Of a stretch of 64,000 nt of DNA, positions 1 through 9,716 are shown in pieces. The stretch spans positions 30,361-94,360 of the forward strand of contig JAYGDX010000208.1 of assembly GCA_046582655.1 (NCBI GenBank). The letters are read 5' to 3'. This stretch comes from Candidatus Poribacteria bacterium. Lineage in GTDB: Bacteria > Poribacteria > WGA-4E > UBA9662. The stretch's first letter is position 1. Each line of letters begins with the position of its first letter. The notes under the pieces are model-generated. The model worked only from the letters and a program-made list of their open reading frames with translations. It searched no databases and was not told where the DNA came from. The position numbers and the translations under genes are program-made.

Positions 1-1
1 A

Positions 2-379
2 CTGATGTCTTTTCACCAAGACTTAATTGAACTTGAAGTTGAAGGTGGAGTTGTCGGGCGTGCTATGCGTTACCGCCGGAATCATGAAATATTAGTTGAA
101 GGTATGAAGAATATTGGTTTTGAGCTGTATCTGCAATCTGCTAATCGAAGTTATATCATTACATCTTTTATTTCACCCAGTCATCCCAATTTTAATTTTA
201 ACGATTTTTATCAACATTTAAGCAATTGTGGTTATCTAATTTACCCAGGTAAAGTAAGTAATGAAGATTGCTTTCGAATTGGATCTATTGGTCGCATCTT
301 TGAGCCGAACATACGCGCACTTCTATCTGCTATTCAGAAAACTTTAACTGAGATGCAAGTTGACTTGTCAGGAACCTGA
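2..379 (+). CDS. phnW: 2-aminoethylphosphonate-pyruvate transaminase, C-terminal part (truncated by window start)
   Basis: ELEVEGGV..R..RY..N, IITSF..P, YLIYPGKVS..DCFRIGSIG resemble the PhnW (class V aminotransferase) C-terminus; frame is open to the window edge. Confidence 0.8.
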   Translation: MMSFHQDLIELEVEGGVVGRAMRYRRNHEILVEGMKNIGFELYLQSANRSYIITSFISPSHPNFNFNDFYQHLSNCGYLIYPGKVSNEDCFRIGSIGRIFEPNIRALLSAIQKTLTEMQVDLSGT

Positions 380-604
380 AATTATTTGCAAATGCTGAGC
401 CCTACTTTTAATCGAATTCCCCTTCGAAATAATCTTCAAAATTATCTGAATATTGTATACCATCTTTTTTAAATCCCTGCTATAATACTGGGCTGAAGAT
501 AGGCATATGCGCTATTGTTAATTTAAGAAAGTTTTTCCAAACACCTGATAGTCATAGCGTCTCCAAATTTGGTCAAGGTTTAAAAGGTCTTTCCCCAAAG
601 TTAA

Positions 605-3600
605 GTGTTTTCTAGAGCAAAAATACTATCCCTCATTTTTCTTGTACTCGCATTCTTTCCGTTTGCATCAATTGCACAAAATAACACCTTTATTTTTGCA
701 GTTACTGGCGAAGTAAAACAACCTGATGGGACTCCTGCGGCAAAAGGGTTAACCGTTGCTGTTACAAATGCAACTAGAAACCTGACCCGCACCACAACAT
801 TGGGAAAACGTATCGAAGGTGAATATATTGTTCACTTCCTCAGCACAACAGGGACTCCTGTCGCCAAGACCGGCGATTTACTAAAGATACGAATCACAAA
901 TCCTGATGGTGGTCTGCCTGATGGTGGTCTGATTGTTGAAGGAAGTCATAAAATTGTAAGTGCTGAAATACAGGTTTTGAGTGCCATAGTTAATCTGCAA
1001 ATTAAGCTTCAAGGTGTATCATTGTCGCGAGCACTTTCGAAAGTTGAGCTTGTTCCCCTCAAGTCAGTTGTCGCTGATGGTAAAACAACTGCAGAAATAT
1101 ATGTGACTTTGAAAGATATTCGAAATATTCCAGTGGCAGGACAACGCTTTCTGGTGACTGCAACTGGATCAGATAATATAATTTCTCCAACTTCTCCTAC
1201 CAATGTAAGTGGTGAAGCTGTTGCAGAGATTAGCTCGATAAAAGCAGAAAAAAAAATCGTTACGGTCACCATTGGCGACATTGCTTTGGTGCCAATCACT
1301 ATCCAATTTGCCGCTGGAGATCCGCATCCTGAGAAATCGATGGTTCGCGTTAACGAAGTCCAAGTACCTGCTGACAATAAATCTGTGGCTAACATTGAGG
1401 TTCAGCTAATAGATCTATATGAAAATCCAGTTACTGGCAGAACTATCGAAGTTATAAGTACTGGAACTGATAATACAATTACGATGGATGAACAAACAAA
1501 TATTAATGGACGTGTCAAAGGAACGATCACCAGTAAAAAAGCGGAAATCAAAATTCTGACTATCAGAGATGCCCACAGTGGCATTTCCCTGACAGAAAAA
1601 CCTCATATTGATTTCATCGCTGGAAAGCTGAGCCAAAGCCAATCGTTAATTACTGCCTCATCACCGATCGTTGCTGATGGAAAAGCTAAAAGCTTGGTGA
1701 CGATTACTCTTATGGATCAATTCGTTAATCCAATCAGTGATGAAGAAGCAAAGATAAACGTCAGTGGGTCAAATAATGAAGTAATGCAATCTACAGCCTT
1801 GACTGATTCATATGGTAAAACGGTAGCGCAGATTACATCAACTAAAGCCGAAACCAAATACATTACTGCAGATGTGCGAGGTGTTCCTCTCGTAGCTACG
1901 GCAAAAGTGGAGTTCTTACCAACATTTTTAGATACTACAACTGTGACATTAGATCCGGACACTTTGCCTGCAGATGGCGTATCAACTTCAGTGGTAGTGG
2001 TAAGCGTTATTGATACTTTTGGCAATCGTATTGATTCCCACAAACCCACTCTAAAAGTCACAGACGGCACAGTCAGCGAAGCCCAATTCCAACCGGATGA
2101 AGGAGTGTGGCTAGCCATGTATACAGCAGGTAGAGTGCCCGGCTCCAATGTGGTAAGCGCCTTGATTGATAACGTGGTTCAGACTAGTATGACTATTACT
2201 CTGACTAAGCCTGATCAAACAAGCCAGCGAATTAATTCTACATCGACCTTACCTGCATCTGGGGTTACTAATGACGTTATAGTTTTTCAACTGGTTGGAA
2301 CAAGCGGTGGTAAGGCAACTGTTTCGATCAATGGAATTGAAGGCGTGAGCGATCTCCCGATGGCTGAAAGCACAACTTCACCCGGCATATACACTATACC
2401 ATACACAATCAAGGAAGGAGACCAAGTTTCGAATGTGCCTGTCATTTTTAGGCTCAATACAGCGATAGATCAATCTAAGATTGTCTATATCAATGCAAGT
2501 GGGGTCTCGGTCAAAATCGAGTTTTTGGGTGAAAAAACCGCACGGCTTGGGATTGTAAAGAAAATTCGGGGTAAGCTTATCCCAGAGATTCCTGATCAGT
2601 TGCTACAATTTGCAATTAATAAACCAGATGGCAGTGATACCTCTATTAAGGATGTCAAAACAGATAGATCAGGGCAATTTTCATTCAACTTGGCATTTGA
2701 TCTGTCAGGTGGTTGGTTCATTAACGCTAATTATGGTGGAAATGCCATCTACCTGCCAGCGTCAGGATCTGCTGTATATGTTTCCATTATGAATGTTGGT
2801 AAGGCAATTATTGTTCTTGGTGGTAATCCGCAGACCAATCCGATTTGGGATGCCTTCAGAATAAACGCGGAATTTGTCCATCACACTTTTATTACTCGCG
2901 GGCTTGACCCTGATAATGACATTAAATTTTTCTCTTCGGATCCAAATCGCACGGCTAACGCTGATGATTTCTCTACGCTTGCTAATCTTGAGGAGGCAAT
3001 CGATATCTGGGCCAAACCACAATTGGGTTTACAGTCACCTCTTTTTCTTTACCTCATCTCTTCAAACCTTGGTCCTGATTTCCTGGTAAATGATAAAAAC
3101 ATCTTAACACCTGATCTCCTTGATAATTGGTTGGATGTAGTCCCAGATGGAACGCCGATATTCATCGTGGTTGAAGCAAGTTATAGTGGTAATTTTATCA
3201 CTCAGTCACGTGATGGTATGTCTGTACTCTCAACTCCAAACCGCACAATCGTAACCAGCGCACACAGTAGCCGACAAAACCGGATTATGGTAAATGGTTA
3301 CTCTTTTTCGCGCCTTTTCTTTAATCAGATTCGAGCAAATAAAGCTATTGGTGAGGCCTTTATCACCGCCCGTAGCATCATGCAATCCACACCAGTTTAC
3401 CAACTACAGTATCCCCAGATTGATAGCAACAGCAATGGTTTGGCCAATGAAGCACGAGACCTAACCGTCGCATCCTCGCTATATATCCCTGTGCCTATAG
3501 AAGTCAAATCTACGGCCCCTATTCTGGTAGAGATGATATCGAAAAATCGCACTTTACCACCTGATACCAGATTACTAACCGTCGAAGTAGTGGCATCAAA

Positions 3601-4927
3601 TCCTGATACTATTGAGGTGAGAGCAACTATCATTCCTCCTTCATTTGACCCTAACGAGAAAATTGATCAATGGTCAGATTTGAAGTTTGATCAAATCTCG
3701 CTGGTAACAGGCGGCAGCGAAGTATATAGTGGCATCTACGATAATCTTTCTGATCCGGGTGATTACATTATTTATGCCCATGCCGTACGAACTGACGGGG
3801 TTGTTTTTTATGCTGATTCACCTATTAAGATTAGGCTGAAAGCAGCTATAGATCCCTCCAAACCAACTGTTTTGTTAGATAGATGCTACACTACCAGCCA
3901 AGCCTGCGATCAGCCAGTCGAAGTTGGAAGTGTCTTTGAATTAGTGATGCGGGTTGAAAATATTGCAGGGCTTCAAGGTTTTGGCACCACAGTCCAGTAT
4001 AATCCAAGTCAGGTTGATGCAATTTCCGTTTCCGAAGGTGAATTCCTAAAGCGCGGAGGTACAGATACACGACCTGCCCAGTTAATTATTGATGAAGTGA
4101 ATGATAATATTAAAATTACAATTTATCGACTCGGCGAAAATGGTATGAGTGGTGACGGGATATTGGCCAACATTAAGTTCCGCACCAAAGATGTAGATGC
4201 GGCAGAAATTACCTTTGAGAAAGCGGATTTTTCTGATGTTAATGCAAATTCCATCTCTGTTAATTTGGTTGATGCTTTGATCCCAATTAAGGGTTTCTTG
4301 CCACCATGGGATATTAATCAGGATGGTACTATTAACATCTTCGATTTGGTCCTGGCTGGCAACCAAATGGGTCAAAAGGGAAAAGGGTTGACGGGGGATG
4401 TAAATCAAGACAATCAAGTTGATATTTTCGATATTGTTTTAATTGGTAACCACTTGGGAGAAGACAGTATGCTTTCCTCACCTGAGATTATCCACTCGCT
4501 ACCAATTACTTCACTGCCTATTCTTAGGGAAATACAGTCTGAACTTCGGCTTAAATTGGCACTGTCCGAATCGGATCGTGGTTTTCTTACAACACAGAAT
4601 ATAGTCGACTATCTCATTGCTTCCCTTGAAAATCAGAATCCAAATACAGTGCTTTACCAGAATTATCCGAATCCTTTCAATCCGGAAACTTGGATACCAT
4701 TTGAGATAGCAGAAAATTACCTGGTATTAATACAGATCTACAACGCAAACGGAAATTTTATTCGTCAGCTCAATCTAGGTTTTTGTTCAAAAGGAATCTA
4801 TACGAGTAAAGGCAGGGCGGCATATTGGGATGGCTGTAACCAGCATGGCGAAAGAGTATCGAGTGGCATGTACTTCTACTTGCTTAATAATTCGGATCAG
4901 CTTCGGAAAATGATAATCTTGAAATAG
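605..4927 (+). CDS. Large secreted protein: invasin-type Ig (Big_1) repeats, degenerate C13/caspase-fold domain, cohesin, dockerin, FlgD-Ig/T9SS-like C-terminal domain
   Basis: Signal peptide ending ASIA; repeated V(V/P)AD(G/N)K..A.I.V.L.D...NPV units; GKAIIVLGG..LFLYLISS..VVEASYSG; WDINQDGTINIFDLV and GDVNQDNQVDIFDIV; terminal LYQNYPNPFNPETWIPF..WDG.N..GE.VSSGMYFY. Confidence 0.8.
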   Translation: MFSRAKILSLIFLVLAFFPFASIAQNNTFIFAVTGEVKQPDGTPAAKGLTVAVTNATRNLTRTTTLGKRIEGEYIVHFLSTTGTPVAKTGDLLKIRITNPDGGLPDGGLIVEGSHKIVSAEIQVLSAIVNLQIKLQGVSLSRALSKVELVPLKSVVADGKTTAEIYVTLKDIRNIPVAGQRFLVTATGSDNIISPTSPTNVSGEAVAEISSIKAEKKIVTVTIGDIALVPITIQFAAGDPHPEKSMVRVNEVQVPADNKSVANIEVQLIDLYENPVTGRTIEVISTGTDNTITMDEQTNINGRVKGTITSKKAEIKILTIRDAHSGISLTEKPHIDFIAGKLSQSQSLITASSPIVADGKAKSLVTITLMDQFVNPISDEEAKINVSGSNNEVMQSTALTDSYGKTVAQITSTKAETKYITADVRGVPLVATAKVEFLPTFLDTTTVTLDPDTLPADGVSTSVVVVSVIDTFGNRIDSHKPTLKVTDGTVSEAQFQPDEGVWLAMYTAGRVPGSNVVSALIDNVVQTSMTITLTKPDQTSQRINSTSTLPASGVTNDVIVFQLVGTSGGKATVSINGIEGVSDLPMAESTTSPGIYTIPYTIKEGDQVSNVPVIFRLNTAIDQSKIVYINASGVSVKIEFLGEKTARLGIVKKIRGKLIPEIPDQLLQFAINKPDGSDTSIKDVKTDRSGQFSFNLAFDLSGGWFINANYGGNAIYLPASGSAVYVSIMNVGKAIIVLGGNPQTNPIWDAFRINAEFVHHTFITRGLDPDNDIKFFSSDPNRTANADDFSTLANLEEAIDIWAKPQLGLQSPLFLYLISSNLGPDFLVNDKNILTPDLLDNWLDVVPDGTPIFIVVEASYSGNFITQSRDGMSVLSTPNRTIVTSAHSSRQNRIMVNGYSFSRLFFNQIRANKAIGEAFITARSIMQSTPVYQLQYPQIDSNSNGLANEARDLTVASSLYIPVPIEVKSTAPILVEMISKNRTLPPDTRLLTVEVVASNPDTIEVRATIIPPSFDPNEKIDQWSDLKFDQISLVTGGSEVYSGIYDNLSDPGDYIIYAHAVRTDGVVFYADSPIKIRLKAAIDPSKPTVLLDRCYTTSQACDQPVEVGSVFELVMRVENIAGLQGFGTTVQYNPSQVDAISVSEGEFLKRGGTDTRPAQLIIDEVNDNIKITIYRLGENGMSGDGILANIKFRTKDVDAAEITFEKADFSDVNANSISVNLVDALIPIKGFLPPWDINQDGTINIFDLVLAGNQMGQKGKGLTGDVNQDNQVDIFDIVLIGNHLGEDSMLSSPEIIHSLPITSLPILREIQSELRLKLALSESDRGFLTTQNIVDYLIASLENQNPNTVLYQNYPNPFNPETWIPFEIAENYLVLIQIYNANGNFIRQLNLGFCSKGIYTSKGRAAYWDGCNQHGERVSSGMYFYLLNNSDQLRKMIILK

Positions 4928-4944
4928 ATCTATTCAAATTTGAA

Positions 4945-4974
4945 TATGCGTGTTGCTGCGCGCATAATTTTTTT
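4945..4974 (+). terminator. Probable intrinsic terminator after the 605-4927 gene
   Basis: TATGCGTGT-TGCT-GCGCGCATA stem (two G-U pairs) followed by a T7 tract. Confidence 0.55.
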
Positions 4975-4983
4975 GCTTTCATT

Positions 4984-5018
4984 TTAACATTTGTGAAGTT
5001 TTCTTTCACAAATGTTAA
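4984..5018. promoter_or_regulatory. Perfect 14-bp inverted repeat (candidate operator or hairpin)
   Basis: TTAACATTTGTGAA-gttttct-TTCACAAATGTTAA, ending about 35 nt before the 5053 ATG. Confidence 0.5.
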
Positions 5019-5052
5019 CGGCGCCCAAAATCATAACCGCTAGCAATATTAT

Positions 5053-8000
5053 ATGACAAGTTATGTTATAAATCGAGCTCTTTTTTCAGATTATTATCTG
5101 GATTTTGTTGTTCCAGATCTATTTGATCAAAGAAACTCCCTTGAAATTGAATTCGTATTCAACGAAATTCGACGGCTGTATAAAAAGATTCGATTGATCA
5201 AGTCAAATCTCCTTGAGGCACAAACTGAAGGGAATTTTATCCGTCCGGTGCTAGAATTGCTTGGACACCATTTTGCAGTTCAACCAACGCTTCGAACATC
5301 CCAAGGAGTAAAGAGACCCGATTATGTGTTTTTTCCCAACTCGGATGCGTTTGAATTTTCCCAACCCCGCATAAACACAAAATCTTTTTTTAAAACAGCA
5401 GTTGCTATTGGTGACGCAAAGGCATGGTCAAGAGATCTCGACCGCAAGTACAAGAGCAGTTCAGACGCTTTCACCAATATGAATCCAAGTTTCCAAATTG
5501 ATTTCTATCTACGTGAAACCGATAGAGTTTGGGGAATTCTGACCAATGGGCGCCAATGGCGACTTTACCACCGAAATACCAGTTATCGGTTGGATCAATT
5601 CTACCAATTCAATTTGGAAGATATACTGGAGTCAGACAAATATGACCTCGATTCATTCTGCTATTTCTATTACTTTTTCCGGCGCGAAGCCCTTGTTATC
5701 AATCATAATGGGAAATCTTTCCTTGATCAGATATATGAAGAAAGCAAAGAACACACAGTAGGGGTTTCCGAGGACCTTGAGATTCGTGTCTATAAGGCGT
5801 TAAAGATCTTGATGCAAGGTTTCCTAGACTTCTCACGAAACCGACTTGAAGCCTCACCAGAATTAGTCCAACAAGTGCACGAAAATAGCTTAATCCTGTT
5901 ATACCGGATCCTGTTTGTCCTTCATTCAGAAGTCCGGAACCTCCTGCCAATTGATAACCCTCATTATGCCAATGATCATAGTTTGTCCAAACTGGCGGCG
6001 GATGCGCATCAACGTATTGAGGAACAACGGTATATTTTGCCAACAATGAATGACTACTGGTCACGTCTGCGAGGATTGTTCCAACTAATTAATGATGGCT
6101 GGGAAGAATTTATTCCCCAGTATAATGGTGGCTTGTTTTGTCCAAAACGTTATCCTTTTCTGGAAACATATGAAATTGGAAATCAAGCATTGACTAAGGC
6201 TTTGGATCTTGTAACTTACACTAAAGATGGCGAACGAATTGCCTACCGGGATCTAGATGCTCGCCATTTGTGGAACGTTTATCAAAGCCTACTTGACCTA
6301 AAACCTTCCTTTGAAGATAGCACCATTGATTTCATCCAACCAAAGGCCAAAAAGCGTAGCGCCAAAAATGGTCAGACCCCTGACTATATTAGTCGATATA
6401 TTGTTGAACAGACTCTCGAACCGTTGTGTAAAGAAAAGGATGTTGAGGATATCTTGCAGCTTAAAGTCCTTGATCCAGCTGTTGGTAGTGGGTACTTCTT
6501 AATCGAGGTCGTTGATTTCTTGGCCGAGGAGATTGTCAAACGTGTGGACACACCATTACCTTCTGACGTTGATTCAGAAATCAGTTACTGGCGCCGGCGC
6601 GTTGTGGAATCTTGTGTTTACGGTGTCAGTCTTGATCCCGCTGCAGTTGAGTTGGCTAAACTTTCTCTCTGGTTACATACAGTGGCAAAAAACGAGCCAC
6701 TTTCGTTTCTAGATCACCATGTTCGTTGTGGGAACTCCTTACTTGGTGCTGAAATAGTAGATTTGGCCAATCCTCCAGTTGTTGAAGATAGGCGAAGAAA
6801 AATTACATCGAGTAGTGCGCTTCAAGTCGAGCTGAATCTTTCCTTCGATTTCACGGATACCGCTGCGCGTGCGATTCAAAATTATTTGGAAATCGAGGAA
6901 ACAGAGAGTAGCCACGCAATTCACATAGACCTAAAAGAACAGAGGCTTGACAGCGCCAAAGTTATGCTTCACCCCTACAAAGAAATCGCCAATCTATGGT
7001 TGAGTTGTTATTTTGGAAACGAAGTTACCAGATCTGATTATCATTTAGTCCTCGACATGTTACAAACCAATGGATTAGAAAAAATCAAGTCCATACCCTG
7101 CTTTGCAGTAGCTCAGGAGATTGCAGAGAAAAGCTGTTTCTTTCATTGGGAGATAGAGTTTCCTGAAGTCTTCCGCGATAGATCTGGGCGGCTAAAGGAA
7201 AATGGCGGTTTTTCAGCAGTGGTGGGAAATCCTCCCTGCCTCAGACAAGAAGAAATTGGTGAGGAGAAAAAATACTTAGCGACTTATAAAACGTATAACG
7301 GTGTGGCAGATCTGTATGTGTATTTCATAGAAAAATCACATTATCTGTTAAAGAATCGTGGGCGTTTTGGCATGGTAACCTCCAATAAGTTTATTCGCTC
7401 AAAGTACGGAAGAAATTTACGGAGATACCTTGAAACTGATGTACAACTCTGTCAAATCATTGATTTTGGGGACTTACCTGTTTTTGAAAATACTGCGTTG
7501 ATGGCTTCTATTATTTTGACAGAAAATGTGCCGTCGAAGGAAAATTTTCTGCCTCAGTATACGGAGATTGAGAGTCTTGAATTTGATTCCTTTGATACAG
7601 AGGTAAATCGCGTCTCTCGTCTTCTGGATAGCAACGCCCTGCAAGACGGAAACTGGATAGCATCACGTGTTAACGACATAGATTTTGATATTCAAGCTCG
7701 TACACTTCCACTAGGCGATTACTGTCAGGCCAAGATTCGGCGTGGCGTTATGACAGGACTAAATCAGGCATTTGTGATCAATGCCGAAACACGAAAAAAA
7801 CTTATCGCTCAAGATGGGAATTCTGTTGATATACTGAAACCACTTGTGGCAGGAAATAATATTCGGGAATATTATGTTAAATTTGAAGATTATTATTTAA
7901 TCTGGGCGGTAAACGGCGTGGATATTCAGAGATATCCAGCAGTTTTTGAGCATCTCAATCGTTTCAAGGATTCGCTGGAGAACAGACGAGATAAGGGAGA

Positions 8001-8808
8001 TCATTGGTGGGAAATAAGAAGTTGCCGTTACGCGGTAGAGTTTGAGATGTCAAAGATCATGTTCCCTGACTTGGGAGCAAATTGTCGATTCTGTCTGGAT
8101 AAAAGTGGACTCTTTCTAATCAACAACGCCTATTTTATTGCTGAAGACGATTATTATTTGCTAGCCCTATTAAATTCTCAATTTGCTTGGGAGTATTTGA
8201 AACGAATTTGTACTAGGTTTAGGGGTAAGACTTTGCGGTTCAGCAAACAGTATTTAGAGAAGGTGCCAATTTGCGTCATAGATTTCACGATGTCGACAAA
8301 GGAACGGAGACTTTTACTTGAAAAGGCAAAATGGCTTTATAATAGGTGCTTGGAAAAGAATGATATTGCTTGTTTGCTTGGATTTGTAGATTATCATATT
8401 TCAGAAAAACAAGCGGATATAGTCTATGACCTTTTATCATTCCTTGCTAAAAAAATGAGCGCTGATAATTTAGCTTTATACCAGGAAAAATCTGGATTCC
8501 TCAAATGGTTGGAACGCAAGATCGGTTTTTCGGTTGATGAACTTAAAAACAAAAGAATTATCGAAAACTATCAGCATATCAGCTTATCAGAGGTAATTTC
8601 AGTTCTCAAAAAAAATCAGAAGATGATCCCAATAGAAGTGTCAAGTCGCAATTTTCAGGAATCGGTTGAGACCGAATTCTGTATCAGTTGTGAAAGGTTA
8701 CATCCCCTTTCACTCCGAGTTGTAAAAACAGATCAGCTGATCAATGAAATCGTTTTTAAGCTTTACGGCTTGACAAGTGGTCAGTTTGAAAAATCTAAAA
8801 CAAAGTAG
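5053..8808 (+). CDS. Type IIG (Eco57I/TaqI-like) restriction-modification fusion protein with atypical MTase motifs
   Basis: N-terminal RPDY..GDAK nuclease-like motif and WGILTNG.QWRLY; VLDPAVGSGYFL (motif I); FFHWEIEFPEVF..GFSAVVGNPPC (motif IV variant); ADLYVYFIE; TaqI_C-like target-recognition region; YYLLALLNS. Confidence 0.8.
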   Translation: MTSYVINRALFSDYYLDFVVPDLFDQRNSLEIEFVFNEIRRLYKKIRLIKSNLLEAQTEGNFIRPVLELLGHHFAVQPTLRTSQGVKRPDYVFFPNSDAFEFSQPRINTKSFFKTAVAIGDAKAWSRDLDRKYKSSSDAFTNMNPSFQIDFYLRETDRVWGILTNGRQWRLYHRNTSYRLDQFYQFNLEDILESDKYDLDSFCYFYYFFRREALVINHNGKSFLDQIYEESKEHTVGVSEDLEIRVYKALKILMQGFLDFSRNRLEASPELVQQVHENSLILLYRILFVLHSEVRNLLPIDNPHYANDHSLSKLAADAHQRIEEQRYILPTMNDYWSRLRGLFQLINDGWEEFIPQYNGGLFCPKRYPFLETYEIGNQALTKALDLVTYTKDGERIAYRDLDARHLWNVYQSLLDLKPSFEDSTIDFIQPKAKKRSAKNGQTPDYISRYIVEQTLEPLCKEKDVEDILQLKVLDPAVGSGYFLIEVVDFLAEEIVKRVDTPLPSDVDSEISYWRRRVVESCVYGVSLDPAAVELAKLSLWLHTVAKNEPLSFLDHHVRCGNSLLGAEIVDLANPPVVEDRRRKITSSSALQVELNLSFDFTDTAARAIQNYLEIEETESSHAIHIDLKEQRLDSAKVMLHPYKEIANLWLSCYFGNEVTRSDYHLVLDMLQTNGLEKIKSIPCFAVAQEIAEKSCFFHWEIEFPEVFRDRSGRLKENGGFSAVVGNPPCLRQEEIGEEKKYLATYKTYNGVADLYVYFIEKSHYLLKNRGRFGMVTSNKFIRSKYGRNLRRYLETDVQLCQIIDFGDLPVFENTALMASIILTENVPSKENFLPQYTEIESLEFDSFDTEVNRVSRLLDSNALQDGNWIASRVNDIDFDIQARTLPLGDYCQAKIRRGVMTGLNQAFVINAETRKKLIAQDGNSVDILKPLVAGNNIREYYVKFEDYYLIWAVNGVDIQRYPAVFEHLNRFKDSLENRRDKGDHWWEIRSCRYAVEFEMSKIMFPDLGANCRFCLDKSGLFLINNAYFIAEDDYYLLALLNSQFAWEYLKRICTRFRGKTLRFSKQYLEKVPICVIDFTMSTKERRLLLEKAKWLYNRCLEKNDIACLLGFVDYHISEKQADIVYDLLSFLAKKMSADNLALYQEKSGFLKWLERKIGFSVDELKNKRIIENYQHISLSEVISVLKKNQKMIPIEVSSRNFQESVETEFCISCERLHPLSLRVVKTDQLINEIVFKLYGLTSGQFEKSKTK

Positions 8809-9631
8809 TTGCCAACTTCAAGGTATTTTCAAGCAAGATGGCACGCGTCATCGGTCCGACTCCCCCAGGTACCGGTGTGATAAAACCAGCGACTTTGGAT
8901 ACTGTCTCGAAATCGATGTCTCCGATCAGGGCGTTATCAACACGGTTAATGCCCACATCGATGACAATGGCTTCTGGTTTTACCATCTTCTCAGTAATGA
9001 ACTTTGGCTCTCCTACCGCGACGACAAGAATATCAGCTTTGCGGGTCTCTGAACCAAGATTTGCCGTTCGGGAATGACAGAATGTGACAGTTGCGTTTCG
9101 GTTCAGTAGAAGCAAACCAATTGGTTTGCCTACAAGTCTGCTGCGTCCAACACAAACGACGCGCTTTCCTTCAGTTTCCACTTCTGTTTTTTCAATCAAG
9201 CGCAGAATCCCTCCTGGTGTGCAAGGCAATACACGTTCTTGTCCAATCAGCAAGTTACCCAGGTTTATCGTTCCCAACCCATCCGCGTCTTTTTGGGGCA
9301 AAATTGAATCAATTACTATTTGTTCATCAATATGATTAGGCATTGGCATCTGCACCAAAATACCATGAATTTGGCTTGATTGGTTTAATTGTTTAACGAG
9401 ATCAATGACCTGTTTCTGTGAGGTATTTGATGGCAATCGGATTACTTCAGAATGGAACCCAACATGCTCGCAATCCTTCTGTTTATGGTTGACATAAATC
9501 GTTGAAGCGGGATCGGTTCCAATCTGTATAACAGCCAATCCGGGTCTGAAATCAAGTTTTTTCACTTGGCAGCGTATATGATTTCGAATCGATTTTGCGA
9601 TTTGCTTGCCGTCAATAATCTGTGATGACAT
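8795..9631 (-). CDS. folD: Bifunctional methylenetetrahydrofolate dehydrogenase/cyclohydrolase
   Basis: IIDGKQIA, PGLAVI, YV..K, GILVQMP, KDADG, PCTP.G, GRS.LVGKP, ITPVPGGVGPMT; ATG at 9631 preferred over GTG at 9643. Confidence 0.96.
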   Translation of the reverse strand: MSSQIIDGKQIAKSIRNHIRCQVKKLDFRPGLAVIQIGTDPASTIYVNHKQKDCEHVGFHSEVIRLPSNTSQKQVIDLVKQLNQSSQIHGILVQMPMPNHIDEQIVIDSILPQKDADGLGTINLGNLLIGQERVLPCTPGGILRLIEKTEVETEGKRVVCVGRSRLVGKPIGLLLLNRNATVTFCHSRTANLGSETRKADILVVAVGEPKFITEKMVKPEAIVIDVGINRVDNALIGDIDFETVSKVAGFITPVPGGVGPMTRAILLENTLKLATTLF

Positions 9632-9716
9632 ATTATCTTTCACTACAAGTTTTTGCCTGATTTTCTATCTTTAAATTCTGTGTTTCAATCTGCAATAGGC
9701 AAGAACTTGTCTAACT

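Noticed and set aside
903..932. Short tandem duplication CCTGATGGTGGTCTG x2 (PDGGL PDGGL)
   Set aside because: A single in-frame 15-nt duplication in a loop, with no evidence of function
4991..5011. Rex or CRP binding site
   Set aside because: Half-sites match but the spacing (N7 for Rex, N9 for CRP) does not fit the canonical N4/N6
5053..8808. BREX (PglX) or DISARM system
   Set aside because: No brxC, pglZ, brxL or drm genes adjacent; it is a standalone gene with its own N-terminal nuclease-like domain
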